Both the position numbers and the translations under genes were made by a program. DNA of 64,000 bases, taken from Gekko japonicus. Its lineage: Eukaryota. The stretch covers positions 186,001 to 250,000 of the forward strand of contig NW_015174905.1 of NCBI RefSeq assembly GCF_001447785.1, read 5' to 3'. Positions 24,341-38,050 of the stretch are shown here, one piece after another; within the stretch, counting starts at the first letter, position 1; the number at the start of each line of letters is the position of its first letter. Below the pieces are notes generated by a model that had not been told where the DNA came from, made no database searches, and was given only the letters and a program-made list of their open reading frames with translations.

Positions 24341-25495
24341 TTTTTGTTGTTCAGTCGCACAGTCGAGTCCGACTCTTCACGACCCCATGGACCAGATCAC
24401 ACCAGGCCCTTCTGTTTTCCGCCGTCCTCTGAAGTTGGCTCAACTTCATGTTCGTTGCGTCGATGACACTGTCTAACCATCTCATCCTTTGCCGTCCCTG
24501 TCTTCTTTGACCTTCAATCTTTCCCAGCATCAGGGTCTTCTCCAGTGAGTGCTCCCTTCTCATTTGCTGGCCAAATTATTTGAGCTTCAGTTTCATTATC
24601 TGGCCTTCCAGGGAAGAGTCAGGGTTGATTTCTTTTAGGATTGACTGATTTGATCTTCTTGCAGTCCAAGGGACTCTCAAGAGTCTTCTCCAGCACCATA
24701 GTTCAAAAGAATCTATTCTTCGGCGCTCGGCCTTCCTTATAGTCCAACTCTCGCAGCCATACATGACTACTGGGAATACCATTGCTTTGACCATGCGGAC
24801 TTTTGTTGGCAGGGTGATGTCTCTACTTTTTATCATGCTGTTTAGGTTCGCCATCGCTTTCCTCCCAAGGAGCAGGCGTCTTTTAATTTCATTGCTTCTG
24901 TCACAGTCTGCGGTGATCTGGGATCCCAGGAACGTGAAGTTTGTCACTACTTCCACGACTTCCCCTTCTATTTGCCAAGGAGTGATGGGGCCGGATGCCA
25001 TGATCTTAGTTTTTTTCATGTTGAGCTTCAAGCCCACTTTTGCGCTCTCCTCTTTTATCCAGAGCAAGAGGCTCTTTAGATCCTCTTCACTTTCTGCCAT
25101 TAGAGTGGTATCGTCTGCATATTTGAGGTTGTTGATCTTTTCCCCAGCAATCTTAATTCCTGCTTGTGATTCATCCAGGCCAGCATTTCGCATGATGTAC
25201 TTTGCATATATATTAAATAAGCAAGGTGACAATATACATCCTTGTCGTACTCCTTTTCCTATGCTAAACCAATCAGTTGTTCCATATCCGGTTCTGTCGC
25301 TTCTTGACCCTTATACAGGTTTCTCAAGAGACATATGAGATGGTCTGGTACTCCCATCTCTTTAAGAACCTGCCATAGTTTGTTGTGATCCACACAGGCT
25401 TTAGCATAGTCAATGAAGCAGAAGTAGATGTTTTTCTGGTACTCGCTTGCTTTCTCCATAATCCAGCAAATGTTGGCAATTTGATCTCTAGTTCC
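24341..25495 (-). mobile_element. RTE-BovB LINE, 5'-truncated, RT domain to 3' end
   Basis: 218-aa ORF with NNLKYADDTTLMAESEEDLK; FCFIDYAKA; same 3' end as 13365-13930. Confidence 0.95.
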
Positions 25496-26164
25496 TTATA
25501 GTGAAAGCAGAAAGTGCATTATGAAATGCATGAATTATTGCTGCTGCAACCAGGCTGCTCACTGAATCCAAAGTCAAGCCTGCCTTTTTTATTGTTTTTT
25601 CTGTTGCGAAAAGTCTTCTCCTAGCCAAGCGTTGATGCCTCCTGTCCTTACTTCCACAAAACTACCCCACAGTCCTTCACACGTGTTGTCCACTCCTTCT
25701 TCCCACCCCCACACTCCTCACAAGGATTTAAGTCAGAATTGTTTGCTCTGAAAATGCAGTATTTGCAGAAAACAATAAGCCTGGTTGCAGTGGTGCTGCA
25801 AAAGAACTAGACTGGCACTTGGCTGATTATTCCTTCAGCTTACCTAACACACACAGGTCAGGAAATCAAGGGAACCCTGCCCACCACCACCACCACCACC
25901 CCGCCCTGCTGCTGCCTGGCTCCCCTACACAGCCCTGAGCAGGAGTGTTAAGTGTTTTTACAGGACATGCTGTGAACATCCAGAAGAAGGTGGAGCACCT
26001 TTTAGAGCTAATGAATTGCCCAATACTACCCAATTGTTTATTTCACACCAGGAATTTCCATCTTATTAGAAGAGCTGGATGAAGTTATTTGAACAGAACT
26101 AGGTGTCCAAGTTAAATATTTTAAGAACGCACCTGAGAATTTTTCTGATGTGCATACTGAAATG

Positions 26165-26170
26165 TTTATT
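26165..26170 (-). promoter_or_regulatory. Candidate distal poly(A) signal of FAM149A
   Basis: AATAAA on the minus strand with TGTA just upstream, near the end of a repeat-poor stretch 3' of the stop codon. Confidence 0.3.
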
Positions 26171-28951
26171 TTAAATGTACAACATTGGCAACCTTTTCAG
26201 AGAAGTCAGTTTATTCAGCAACTTGAAGGCTACAAGGGACAGCCTGATGCCTACCTAGAGCGATAACATTCCAAGTCCCACCTGCCTCTTGACAAAAGGT
26301 ACTCAGAACTTTGGAATTTGAGCTGAAGACAGTAGTAGAATGAATATATATATATGGCTTGTGATAGTGGCTAGGGTCCTCTGAAAAAAATCTCTCCTGA
26401 TGGGACTTTCACCAATGGAGTGGGGCCCTTACCACCCCCCTCTAAATGCAGCCAAAAATGCACTTTAAAATACTACATCTGGGGGAGAGGGGACACCCAG
26501 GAACAGAATGGGGAGGGGGGGGGTTGGAATTGCAAGTTGCTTACACTTCAGCCATTACAGAGTTAAATGTTGTTTGTTCGGAAACAGGATGTTACTGTTA
26601 CATAATGTATTCAACGGTGGGAAAGTTTGTGGGAGTTGTTTGTAGAAATGATTTGATCTAGCATTAATGTATTCACAAGGTTTATGGCCCTTGGTGCGAA
26701 CCAAAGAGGTAGTTCTCTTCTAGAAGCCAAGACAGATAGAAAGATGTAGATGTTAGCATATATTACTGAGAGTAGCTGCAAGTATGTAAACTTTTATTTT
26801 ATTGATTTTATCCAAAGTACCATACCCATGTTTTATTTTGTTTTTATAGTAAAGATATTTTTCTTTTACTAAGTGTGGCTCGTGGTTGCAATGAAAACAT
26901 CGAATCCCAACAGGGGGGGAAGAGTCAGACTCTGTGGTGGAAGGGGAGAATCAGCAAAGATCACCCCCGCCCTTCCATTAGTAGACATTTAATACTGGAT
27001 CCAAACCCAGAATTTCTCAGCCTTATTAGGATGCTGTGAACACGGGATGGGGCAAGCCCCATAAACACTGCCCTGAACTCCTTGAAGAAGATCCAAAACA
27101 GTTATCAAATGAACAGTTTTCTTGTTGTCCAGGTCTATGTACCACTTAGTTTTAACTAACATTTCCTTGTGTGTTCTCTCTCCCTCCCTCCCTCCCTCCA
27201 CACACACAGACACACACCCATTACAGAGAGAAAACAAATGAGGCTTTTGGATTGTCGGCCCATAGTTCTTTAAGGAAGGCTGTGGCTTGGTTGGGTGGTC
27301 TACTGAAATCTCTAGTGTAATGAGAACAGCAGATATTTCAAAATAAAAAGTATTGGTGTGAAATGATGCTTTGGCTTCTGAAGCAAACATTTTAATCGAT
27401 TTGCTAAAAAGGACGGATTGTATTAGCAGGTGATATTTTTAAAACTTCAGGAAGATAAAAAGTTTATACTTAGAGTATTATGCACAATTCAGCAAGCCAG
27501 CCCAGTTCTTGACAGTTTATGGCATAATTCTGCTAGGTGGAGCCATCTTCTTTTATAGTGAATGACTCTATTGGAGCCGCTTTAGAGCACTTTATACACT
27601 AACTACTGGCAAAGAGTGTAGTCTGGATCACTAATCACACTTCAAGGAGGAGATGCCGAGGAAAAAGAAAAGCCAGGGTAAGAGGCAAGGCAATACTTTT
27701 AAAACAAAGGAGGAGGACATAATCAGAGAGATTAGAGAAGAACTTGGGAGTCTGCACGCAATCGATATTCGTGCTAGCCAAAACATTGGTAATATGTGGA
27801 CTACTCTGGGGAAGTGTAAGCTAAGGATGTGTAACAAAATTCTCCCCGTCCAAATTCCTCCATGGATCCTTGTGTTCTAAAGTACTTCACCCTGTTTGTA
27901 AAGTGGTACCAATGAACAGCAACACACTGGTCATCTACTTTTGATTCCTTGGCTTGTTTTACGACATATAAGCTGCAACCCTAAGAGTGCTTTCCTGGGA
28001 GTAAGACCCACTGAAAAAATTTGGACTTTATTTCCAAGTAGACCTGCTTAGGGTTGCTTCCACATGCATGCACAATTTTGATGCAGTTGTCAATTTGTAC
28101 CTTTCTTCTTTACAGGTTACCTGTGTGCACTGATGTATAATGTGTAAAACCCTGTAAGAAAAGGGCAAGAAAGAAACAGCTACACATTCCTGTTTTCCCT
28201 GGTGGACAAAATGGCAGCCTGGGGGATAATTTAGATTACACAAAAAAAAAAAAGGAGGAGGAGGAGGAAAGGAAACAATTAAACCCCTTCCTTACTCTGA
28301 GTCAGAGTCCAACATGGCTGCAATTTAAATATTTTTTTAAAAATCAAGAAAACCAGTTGTAAATCTATCATTACATAGTTTGGCTCTTTGGTTTCAGTCT
28401 CACTTTCATTCTGTTTTTCATCCCAATCCTGGAGACCATAAAGGAGTATCCAAAAGTCCCCAAAGGCTGATTTTCAAGTCCTCTGCCCAGAACATGTGAG
28501 CCAGGGTTGATGCAGATATGACATAGAGCACAGAGAGGGAAAAGAGGGCATATACAAAGCCACTCTGTGTAATCTTTAGATCAGTCAGTCAGGTTCTTCT
28601 CTGAGCTGGGTCAGATAAAATCAGGGATTACACAACTCCCTGGCTCCCGAGGCTCAGGAGTTTGCTAACCTCTTTCATGTTGACTAGCTCCAGGACTGGA
28701 GCCTTGAAACCAGTCTTTGGAGGCTTTGTCTGACCTTTGACAAAATTTGGGTGAAAAGCAGCAAAACATCTGACTTTCATGCAGTCTGCTTAGTATTTAA
28801 TTGAAAAGTGAAACATGAAGATCAAAGCTTATGGAAAAAATTTGGCTCAGTTTTTGTTTTTACTTGTATTGGTCCACAAAGAAAGCAGAACCAGGAAGGC
28901 ACTTTCCTATAGAAGCCAGCACATGCCCTTAGAAAGCAAATATCACTAACA

Positions 28952-28957
28952 TTTATT
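28952..28957 (-). promoter_or_regulatory. Candidate proximal poly(A) signal of FAM149A
   Basis: AATAAA ~210 nt after the stop codon. Confidence 0.3.
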
Positions 28958-29165
28958 CTGCATTTCAGACATTAGCCACTGCCTCATTTGCTTTTGTTAA
29001 TGTTCTTTTAGAGGTTTTGGTGAAGCAACTTTCAATAGAAGGCCATATGCAGAGACAGAATACTAATTCACAGAACTGCATGACTGGTTCTTCATCCTTC
29101 TTCACACTAGGCTGAACATTGTAGTTTTCCACCAAGTACTGATCAGCTTGTTGTCATCTGCCATG

Positions 29166-29239
29166 TTAGGAAGCAACTTGAAATCTCCTCCTAGAGATGG
29201 TTGAATTTCTCTGAAATGATTTCACGTGGAATTGTGAGC
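29166..29239 (-). CDS. FAM149A: FAM149A last coding exon (14)
   Basis: ttacag|(G)SQFHVKSFQRNSTISRRRFQVAS* resembles the human C-terminus [24 protein letters not shown]; 74 nt. Confidence 0.92.
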
Positions 29240-31157
29240 CTGTAAGCAAAAAAAACAAACACTATTGGGTGTCCAATGATACAGTTCATTCAGACAAGGA
29301 AAACCTATGCTGAAATTCTCTCGACAGACAGCCTTGTTTTCTGCTTCAACTTCCATTCTATAAAATAGGAGCAATGCTGTTTTACATCCAAGGAGACTGA
29401 GAGGATGCTGCATAAGGTAAAGCCAGTAGATCATCTGCTCCTTAACTTTGCAAGCAAGGCTGCAACCCCTGATTTTGTCTGACCAAGCTTATGGCTCTCC
29501 TGTCTAACTGTGCTGAAATTTAGAAAGAACTGCTCCTTACAAGCCTGTCAATGTTTCAGATCAGTCTGCTAAATTCAGCCATACGCTCACCCAGATTGCC
29601 TGTTTAACCTTCGTTGCCCAAGTACCCCAGCTCCTAAAAGCTTTCTACTTCCCTTCTTGTCGATATACAGCCTCTCTTATAATGATCTTGGCCTGAAGGT
29701 TTGCTCCTGCACTTTCTTCTTCTTAGCTACTCACCCTCCCAATGTCTTGCTTCCCCTTTTCTATAAGCCACTGCCTTCTAGCCACTTCTTCCTTGGCTCT
29801 CCACTTCTCAGGCTGTTGTCTGTTCATTCCCGATCCCACAATCTCTTCCCGCCCCCAAGGTTTCCTGTCTTCAGTATCACTGACTATCCAGTCAGTGATC
29901 AGGCATCATTCCCCCCCCCCATTCGTGGTCCTCCTGTCGCTAGCCCTTTGTGAAATAATTGTCCCAGACTGCTGCCTTCTTTTCCTCAGTCTTAGGGTTG
30001 CCAAGTCTTCTTACCTTGGCTGCGGGGGAGCCTCACCGGGCTTCGGGAGCTCTCCGGCAATGCGTGCGCGCGCACGCAAAGCGCACGGCGGCGCCAGCAT
30101 GTCACAGGAAGTGACGCACTACGTCGCTCATGTTGAGGGCATGGCCCAGATCATCGGAGGGAAAACCATAGAGTTTTCCCTCCAATGATCGGGCCACGTC
30201 CCCAACGTGAGCGACGTGGTTGCGTCACCTCCGGTGACACAGCCACGCTGCACTTCGGGGGGCGGAGTTCCCCCCGGGGCCCGATTCCGCGGCGGCGGGA
30301 ATACATCCAAATAGGGGGTTTACCCGCCCCCTGCCCCCACTTGGCAGCCGTACTCAGTCTCCTTTCATTATCATTATTATGATCATGTTCTTTTACCCCC
30401 CCCCTTCTCACTGAGACCCAAGGCAGATTACAAGTATGATTTAAAAAAAACAACTTTTCAGTCAGTTAGTAAATGGATTACAAGAATGTGGGAACATTTG
30501 AACCTAACAACAAAAGATTCCTAGTATGAAGGCTAGGATTGTAGGACTGGGGAGAAAACAAAAAAATGCATGTAAACATATCTTCATGTTTAAGGCACTA
30601 AGACAATCAGTGTAGAGAAGACTTTAAGAGTCACCTCCTGAACTATTACACCTCAGCTTTGCTCCTTTTACAATCCTGGTTTTGCACATTTTGCAAAATG
30701 ATAAAAGAGCAGTCACTCCTCTGCTCTGGCTTCTGCCTCCTCTATCTCTGTTCAGGTCCTGTGAAATCTCTGCCCCCTTCCTTTAGCTCCACATCCTGTG
30801 GACTTCTGTCTCCTGGGCCCTGTTTTCATCCAGCTTTCCAGCTCTCAGCATCTCTGTCTACTTATGCAGCTCATTCTGTACCAAGATCCAGTGTGAGGCT
30901 GCGGTCACACATGCTAGTTGAAGCATAGGGGAAGCGAGGCTATTTCCTCCAAAGGAATTTGACAAGCAATTGCGAGATGACACATCCCTTTGTAGGTGCG
31001 GGCACAGCCCGTCACTGTGTGATTAGACACAAATGCGGGTGAGTCTCTCTTTTTTTTTTTTTGGCCGTTTGTTTCCCAAGTGCATAAATGAGAAATCACA
31101 CCTCCACACTGAGGGCCCCTTAGAGTATGCGATGATGCACATACTGCAAAGGAGGGG

Positions 31158-31669
31158 NNNNNNNNNNNNNNNNNNNNNNNNNNNNNNNNNNNNNNNNNNN
31201 NNNNNNNNNNNNNNNNNNNNNNNNNNNNNNNNNNNNNNNNNNNNNNNNNNNNNNNNNNNNNNNNNNNNNNNNNNNNNNNNNNNNNNNNNNNNNNNNNNNN
31301 NNNNNNNNNNNNNNNNNNNNNNNNNNNNNNNNNNNNNNNNNNNNNNNNNNNNNNNNNNNNNNNNNNNNNNNNNNNNNNNNNNNNNNNNNNNNNNNNNNNN
31401 NNNNNNNNNNNNNNNNNNNNNNNNNNNNNNNNNNNNNNNNNNNNNNNNNNNNNNNNNNNNNNNNNNNNNNNNNNNNNNNNNNNNNNNNNNNNNNNNNNNN
31501 NNNNNNNNNNNNNNNNNNNNNNNNNNNNNNNNNNNNNNNNNNNNNNNNNNNNNNNNNNNNNNNNNNNNNNNNNNNNNNNNNNNNNNNNNNNNNNNNNNNN
31601 NNNNNNNNNNNNNNNNNNNNNNNNNNNNNNNNNNNNNNNNNNNNNNNNNNNNNNNNNNNNNNNNNNNNN
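31158..31669. other. Assembly gap (others: 3941-4001, 34643-35292, 63663-63904)
   Basis: Runs of N. Confidence 1.
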
Positions 31670-33068
31670 GCACTACAGATCCAAACAGACCAGCATCGTT
31701 TTACAACCAGATAGAGGAAATGCTAAACTGTGGCCCCGTTCACACGAGGTGTTTTGGGCCGGGAGTGGGCCAGATTGGAGACGGAACAAACGGGCGCGAT
31801 CCCACGCCAACATCTGGCTGGCGTTGTGCTCCCGTCTCCGATCTGGCCCTTCCCTTGATGCGGCGCATCAAAAGTGAACCACCTACCGAGGTGGTTCATC
31901 TGGATGACGCGCCGCAAGCCGGGCTGTCGGATCGCCGGCGCGTCTTTGCGCTGGCTCATCCCCGGCTCCTAGCCGAACTGCGCATGCTCCGACATGCGCA
32001 GTTCGGCAGGCTCCCCGTCTGAACTGTGTTTTCTCCCCGGCATCTGATCGTGCCGGGAAGAAAAGGCGCCGCAGCCCAGGGGATCGTGGAATCCCGCTGT
32101 GGCGTCTCAACTTTGGCGTGGCTTTTAAAAGCCGCGCTTTGAGCGACTTATTCCCTGCCGTGTGGCAGGGGCCTATGTAGCTCAAGTATCTGGGAAGAAT
32201 GAACTGCCTTTTACTACTTCTAGATGTTTATTTCAATCTTATAAAAATTCTAGAGAAATCCTATGCACTAAGCTTTCAGTCTATTGATTCTAACCCTACT
32301 GATTTCAGTTGGTTTAGACTGAAGTAACTCGAAAGACTGCAGAGCTTTATCCATTTCCCCCCCTGCAAATACTGTTTTCCTAGTCCTCATACCAAGTTGG
32401 GAGTCCAGTGGCACCTTTAAGATCACCAAAGTTTAACTCTGGGTAAAAGCTTTTGCATGCACACAAATGTTTATACCCAGAATTAAACTTTGGTGGTGCC
32501 ACTGGACTCAAACTTGGTTCTACTGCTTCGGATCAACACAGCTACCCATGTGAACCTAGTTCTCAAAGTTATGAATAAAAATGTACTCTTCATTCACTTC
32601 TTCCTCTAAAAACACTTTCCAATATACATTTTATTAACAATGGTGCAACTGAGAACAGCACACTTGCACTATGAAGTATGGAATAATGAATGACTACATT
32701 TATGAGCTATTAATAGCAACACAGAATTTTGCAGGGAAATGGTAGCACAAAGCGCTTTTGTCAGTGCTTTCTCATTGAGAAGGCAGCCCTCTGCTGGTTC
32801 TTTGGTAACACCGCATGAACATTTCTACACTCTCCAAGCACCTGTGATCAGAACAGAACCCATAGTGATTTTACACACAGCCCACCCACAAACAGCCTTT
32901 TGTCCCATCTTATTGCACAAATGCACCTGTGCAAATGGACACACACAAGTGTAAGTGAAACTATATCGAGATTATTTCAACCCAAAGGTGTGAAGAAGAG
33001 TATTATGCAATCTCAAGCAGAGTTACTCCAGTCTAAACCCATTCATTTCTCTCTCTCTCTTTTAATTT

Positions 33069-33260
33069 TATGACAACAGTGGGAGTACAGAAAAGGGAAA
33101 AAAGAAAAAAGGGTGATACAACATAATTACATTTGTCAATACACTCATGTAGTTCAAAATGTATATGACAACAGTGGGAGTACAGAAAAGGGAAAAAAGA
33201 AAAAAGGGTGATACAACATAATTACATTTGTCAATACACTCATGTAGTTCAAAATGTATA
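33069..33260. repeat. Perfect 95-bp tandem duplication
   Basis: tatgacaacagtgggag...aaaatgta at 33069 and 33164. Confidence 0.95.
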
Positions 33261-33859
33261 GGACACAGAATATTTCCCATTTCATCCCCTTCATTATACT
33301 TTTTAAGGTATTATCTATAAAACACAATAGTTCTTATTTCTGTTGGGGTACAATTGTATTCATCATTTAAGTTTTAAGTTACAAACTTCATAACTAATCT
33401 ATTTTAACTACAACACTGGTTTCATCATTACTACGTATTCAATATAACATATTTTGCCACTACTACATATTCTTCATCATCATCATCATCATTATTAATA
33501 ATAATCATCATCTTTATTGCATTAGCAAGAAACATATTAATTAAAGTCTTTAATAAATAAATAGTATATCACACTGTAAAAGAAGGTCTATTATTATCAG
33601 GCCTCGGATGGGGCTGGAGCGCCCCAGAGTGGTGCTCCGGGAGTGACGCGTCCAGGGGGCGGGCACATGATGAAGTCTCGCCCCATGCGTCCAGTTGCCC
33701 TCATTTCGCCGCAAGAGGAGGAAGAAGCAGGATGGTGAGTAGGCTTCCTGCCCGCCCCTGGCTACCTCTGGCCACTCCACATGGCCCTCCCTGCCCCATC
33801 CTCAATCTTCCCCAGAGCCGCGTGCCCCGGGAAAGATCGACGCCCCCGCCCCCATCCCT

Positions 33860-34455
33860 GCCTCATCCGGGCCGCCCGGGCCGCCCTGGATGAGGCCCCA
33901 CCCCCGTCTTGTCCGGGTCGCCTGGAGTGGCCTGGATGAGGCCCTTGTCCCTGTCCCTACCTCGTCTGGGTTGCCTGAAGCAACCTGGATGAGGCCCCCA
34001 TCCCCATCTCTGCCTCATCTGGGCCGCCTGGAGTGGCCGGGATGAGGCCCTCATCCCCGTCCCTGCCTCGTCCTGCCTGAGGGCCCCTGGTATTTTTTGC
34101 CGATGTGTCACAGTGTGTTGGACCGGATGGGCCACTGGCCTGATCCAGCATGGCTTTTCTTATGTTCTTATCTCTGGTGCAGTGATGCTCTGCATTCTTG
34201 GTGCTTGGGGGGCAAGAGTGGGAGGGCTTCTGGGGTCCGGCCCCGCTGGTGGACCTCCTGAGGGCCCCTGGTATTTTTGGCCTATGTATGACACAGTGTG
34301 TTGGATTGGATGGGCCACTAGCCTGATCCAGCATGGCTTCTCTAATGTTCTTATCTCTGGCGCAGTGATGCTCTGCATTCTTGGTGCTTGGGGGGCAAGA
34401 GTGGGAGGGCTCCTGGAGTTCTGGCCCTGCTGGTGGACCTTCTGATGGCCCCTGG
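33860..34455. repeat. GC-rich ~50-60-bp tandem units followed by two ~181-bp tandem units with a CR1-like end motif
   Basis: ggatgaggccc repeated 4 times; ctgatccagcatggc..tt.t.atgttcttatctctgg.gcagtgatgctctgcattcttggtgcttggggg repeated twice. Confidence 0.75.
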
Positions 34456-34463
34456 GTTTTGTC

Positions 34464-34642
34464 CAGTGTTCCCTCTAAGTGCAAGCTAGCTAACAGGTTT
34501 TTTTGCCTCTGGCTCATACATTTTTGTCTTACTTCGGGAAAGATGCCTCCAGAGCAAACGAATTTATGCAGTAGCCAAATCGCTCGCTCACAACTTGAAT
34601 GCCAGTCGCTCACAAAGCAGAACTTTTGCTCACAAGACTCCG
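34464..34642. mobile_element. hAT MITE (cagtgttccctctaag family), truncated by gap
   Basis: Same TIR and body as 43671-43875. Confidence 0.8.
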
Positions 34643-35519
34643 NNNNNNNNNNNNNNNNNNNNNNNNNNNNNNNNNNNNNNNNNNNNNNNNNNNNNNNNNN
34701 NNNNNNNNNNNNNNNNNNNNNNNNNNNNNNNNNNNNNNNNNNNNNNNNNNNNNNNNNNNNNNNNNNNNNNNNNNNNNNNNNNNNNNNNNNNNNNNNNNNN
34801 NNNNNNNNNNNNNNNNNNNNNNNNNNNNNNNNNNNNNNNNNNNNNNNNNNNNNNNNNNNNNNNNNNNNNNNNNNNNNNNNNNNNNNNNNNNNNNNNNNNN
34901 NNNNNNNNNNNNNNNNNNNNNNNNNNNNNNNNNNNNNNNNNNNNNNNNNNNNNNNNNNNNNNNNNNNNNNNNNNNNNNNNNNNNNNNNNNNNNNNNNNNN
35001 NNNNNNNNNNNNNNNNNNNNNNNNNNNNNNNNNNNNNNNNNNNNNNNNNNNNNNNNNNNNNNNNNNNNNNNNNNNNNNNNNNNNNNNNNNNNNNNNNNNN
35101 NNNNNNNNNNNNNNNNNNNNNNNNNNNNNNNNNNNNNNNNNNNNNNNNNNNNNNNNNNNNNNNNNNNNNNNNNNNNNNNNNNNNNNNNNNNNNNNNNNNN
35201 NNNNNNNNNNNNNNNNNNNNNNNNNNNNNNNNNNNNNNNNNNNNNNNNNNNNNNNNNNNNNNNNNNNNNNNNNNNNNNNNNNNNNNNNNNNNGGGGGGGG
35301 AAGCTAGGGCCCTCGCCCAGAGCCTCTTTCTAGAGCTCGTTGTATTTATTCCCACAACAAGCCTTATTCCTAGTTATTAATATTTCTTCAAGATGTTTAT
35401 AATGCATTGCTTAGATGGGATGATGGGTTTTTCTCTTTGGTTTTTGTGAATAAAATTTTGTGAATAAAAATAAAACCAATTGTCTTTGGTTTTTGTGAGT
35501 AAAATTTAAAAAATCTTAC

Positions 35520-35598
35520 CTGTCAGTACTCCTTGACCTGTCCACATATGATTAGCAAAATCCATAGACGTCAATGACCTTTTATGAGCTGCATCTGA
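35520..35598 (-). CDS. FAM149A: FAM149A exon 13
   Basis: cag|SDAAHKRSLTSMDFANHMWTGQGVLT(G)|gtaaga; 79 nt. Confidence 0.92.
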
Positions 35599-36485
35599 CT
35601 GACAGAGAAACATATGTTTATTTTTACAAAACAATAAATCAAGGCTAGACACTGACCAGCAAATGAACCATGAGTTATGGGGATGTAACTATTCCATAAG
35701 GAGAGCTGAAGAGTGGTCAAAACCATTTCCAAGGGGATCAACAAATGCGTACCTTCACCCAAAGCGTAATTAACTTATGGACTTTACTGCTACAGAAAAC
35801 AAGGATGGCCCCAAGTTTAGTTGACTTTAAAAGGGGACTGGCTTCCATGGAAGACAGCTCCATCAGTGGTTATGAGCCAGAATGACATATGCACCAGTAG
35901 TAACCCTCTGAATGCCAGTACTGGAAAGCAGCAATTGGGGTAGACTTGGATCTTTGGGACCTCCCTGAAGGCCTTCTAGGATCATCTGGGTGGTCATCCT
36001 GTGAAACAGGGTACTGCAATAGATGCTCTTATATTATGTTTGTTTCGTTCCTAACCAATACTGGGGAAATTGAGCCAGCAGTCTTATTGACAGCAGCTGG
36101 TATTTGGGACAATGTGAGAGCAATCTAAAGCAGGTGTTATTCAGAGTCTAACTCAGAGAGACCAGCTGAGCTCTGAGCAGGAGCAGGAGAGAGAGCTGTG
36201 AGAGAGGTGAGTGGGTTTCTTTTACTTGCTTTCAGCTGAGAGAATTCAGCTAAGGATATTTTGTTAGAAGATATAGCTTAATTATCTCAAGCTTCCAAAT
36301 TAGACTCTTGATACTACATTCTCTGGAAGGAGAAACAGCCTCTACGACCCTAAACCAGCCAGACCAGTCGCACAAGAATAACCATATACAGTTGAACGGT
36401 TGGTACTAGAGTGGTTTCATCCACACTTTGTCTTCAGTTTAATTGGGGGGGGGGGTCTGAAGTTTGCAGCCTTTCAAATACTTAC

Positions 36486-36614
36486 CCGAAATGTATGAGT
36501 GGTATTGGGTCTTGAAAACTGATCAATTACTACAGTGCGCTCTCTAACTGGCCGTCGTTCAGTAGCATCAGGTACTGCACTGGATATTCTGCTGGGAGGA
36601 TATCTTCTTCTGTG
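36486..36614 (-). CDS. FAM149A: FAM149A exon 12
   Basis: cag|HRRRYPPSRISSAVPDATERRPVRERTVVIDQFSRPNTTHTFR|gtaagt; 129 nt. Confidence 0.93.
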
Positions 36615-38050
36615 CTGAAAAGACAGAAGAAAAAGCCCTTTACACCACCAGGACACTGTAATAATTACATTAAAATAAGCACACTTTAGCTTTTAACAGA
36701 TTTGCTTGAAAAAGAGAGCTTTCAGCTACCCTTCTTGAATACATGACAATGAAATATTACATCTCCCTTATAAATAAAAGCCGAATGGTGGTTGCACTTC
36801 TCTAGAACATTCCACACGCTCCTGAATTGGTTGGCGCCCTGGTGTGTCACTCAGAATTTGTCCCTATCCACTGGCTGTATTGCTTGAGTCTCGCCTCCAA
36901 CATTCTAAACAGTTTGCTGTTCCTCCCCCCCCCCATAGCCAGTCAGAACACAGAGGTTATTTGCATATGCAGCCTCATTGGCCTTTACCTCGGAACACAA
37001 AGTTCGTTTGCATATGCGACTTGATTGGCTTTTGCCTCTAACATTCTAAACAGTTTGCTGTTCTGAGGTAAAATGTGTCCAATCTCCAGGTGAGGGCTGG
37101 AGATCACTCAGAATTACAACTGCTTTCCAGATGGCAGAGATCAGTTCCCCTGGAGAAAATGGTGGGCTCTGTATCCTTATATGCTGCTGAGGTGGCCCCC
37201 GTATGACAGCCAATGTGACATAGCAGTCAGGGCTTCAGAGCACGGGAGAGGCTGCAGGTGTGTGGGGGGTAGAAAGCTGAAGAGTGAGGGGGAAATAAAG
37301 GTAGGTTGATGATTGGCTGGGAAAGAGATAGGGTTACCAACTCCAGGTGGGAAATTTCTGGAGATATGAGGGATGGAGCCTGGAGAGGGTGAGGTTTCAG
37401 GAGGTGTGGGACCTCGGAGAGATACAAAGCCATAGATTCCACCCTCCAAACCAACTATTCCCTTCTGGGGAACCATCGTTGCCAATCTCCAGGTGAGGGC
37501 TGGAGATCACTCAAAATTACAACTGTTCTTTGTGTAGCAGAGATCAGTTCCTCTGGAGAAAATGGTGGACTCAGTGTCATTATACCCTGCTGAGGTCGCC
37601 ACAGCAAATTGACACTGAGTGTCCAAGGCCAGGGCACCCGCCCAGAGCCTCTTTCTAGAGGCCGTATTTATTTCCACAACGGGCCTTTTCCCTAGTATTA
37701 TATAAAGCAGAAGGGGAACAGGGGAATTGTTAGAAGTCCTACTCAAGAATAAAGGTGAGAATGAGGTGCAATTCAGTATAGATTTTATTTTACCTCATTT
37801 ATTCCCCACCTGGCTCCCCTGTGGGAACTCAGAGTGGCTTACACTATTCTCCTCTATTTTAGCCTCACAACAACCTTTGTGCTATTAAAAATTGTTTTAA
37901 TGATGGATGTTTGGGAGGGGGGTTGATTTTAATGGTCTTATAATGTAATTTTATATGCATGTTTTAAATTGTTAACCGCTTTGGTGGTCTGGGCCAAGGT
38001 TACCCAGTAAGTTTCCATGGCAGAATCGGGATTTGAACCTGGCTTTCCCA

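Noticed and set aside
27653-27880. 75-aa basic ORF MPRKKKSQGK...
   Set aside because: Short, antisense to the presumed 3' UTR and not recognisable; possibly an old LINE ORF1 remnant.
31023-35380. Long ORFs of 216-329 aa
   Set aside because: They are mostly X residues spanning assembly gaps, or translated tandem repeats.
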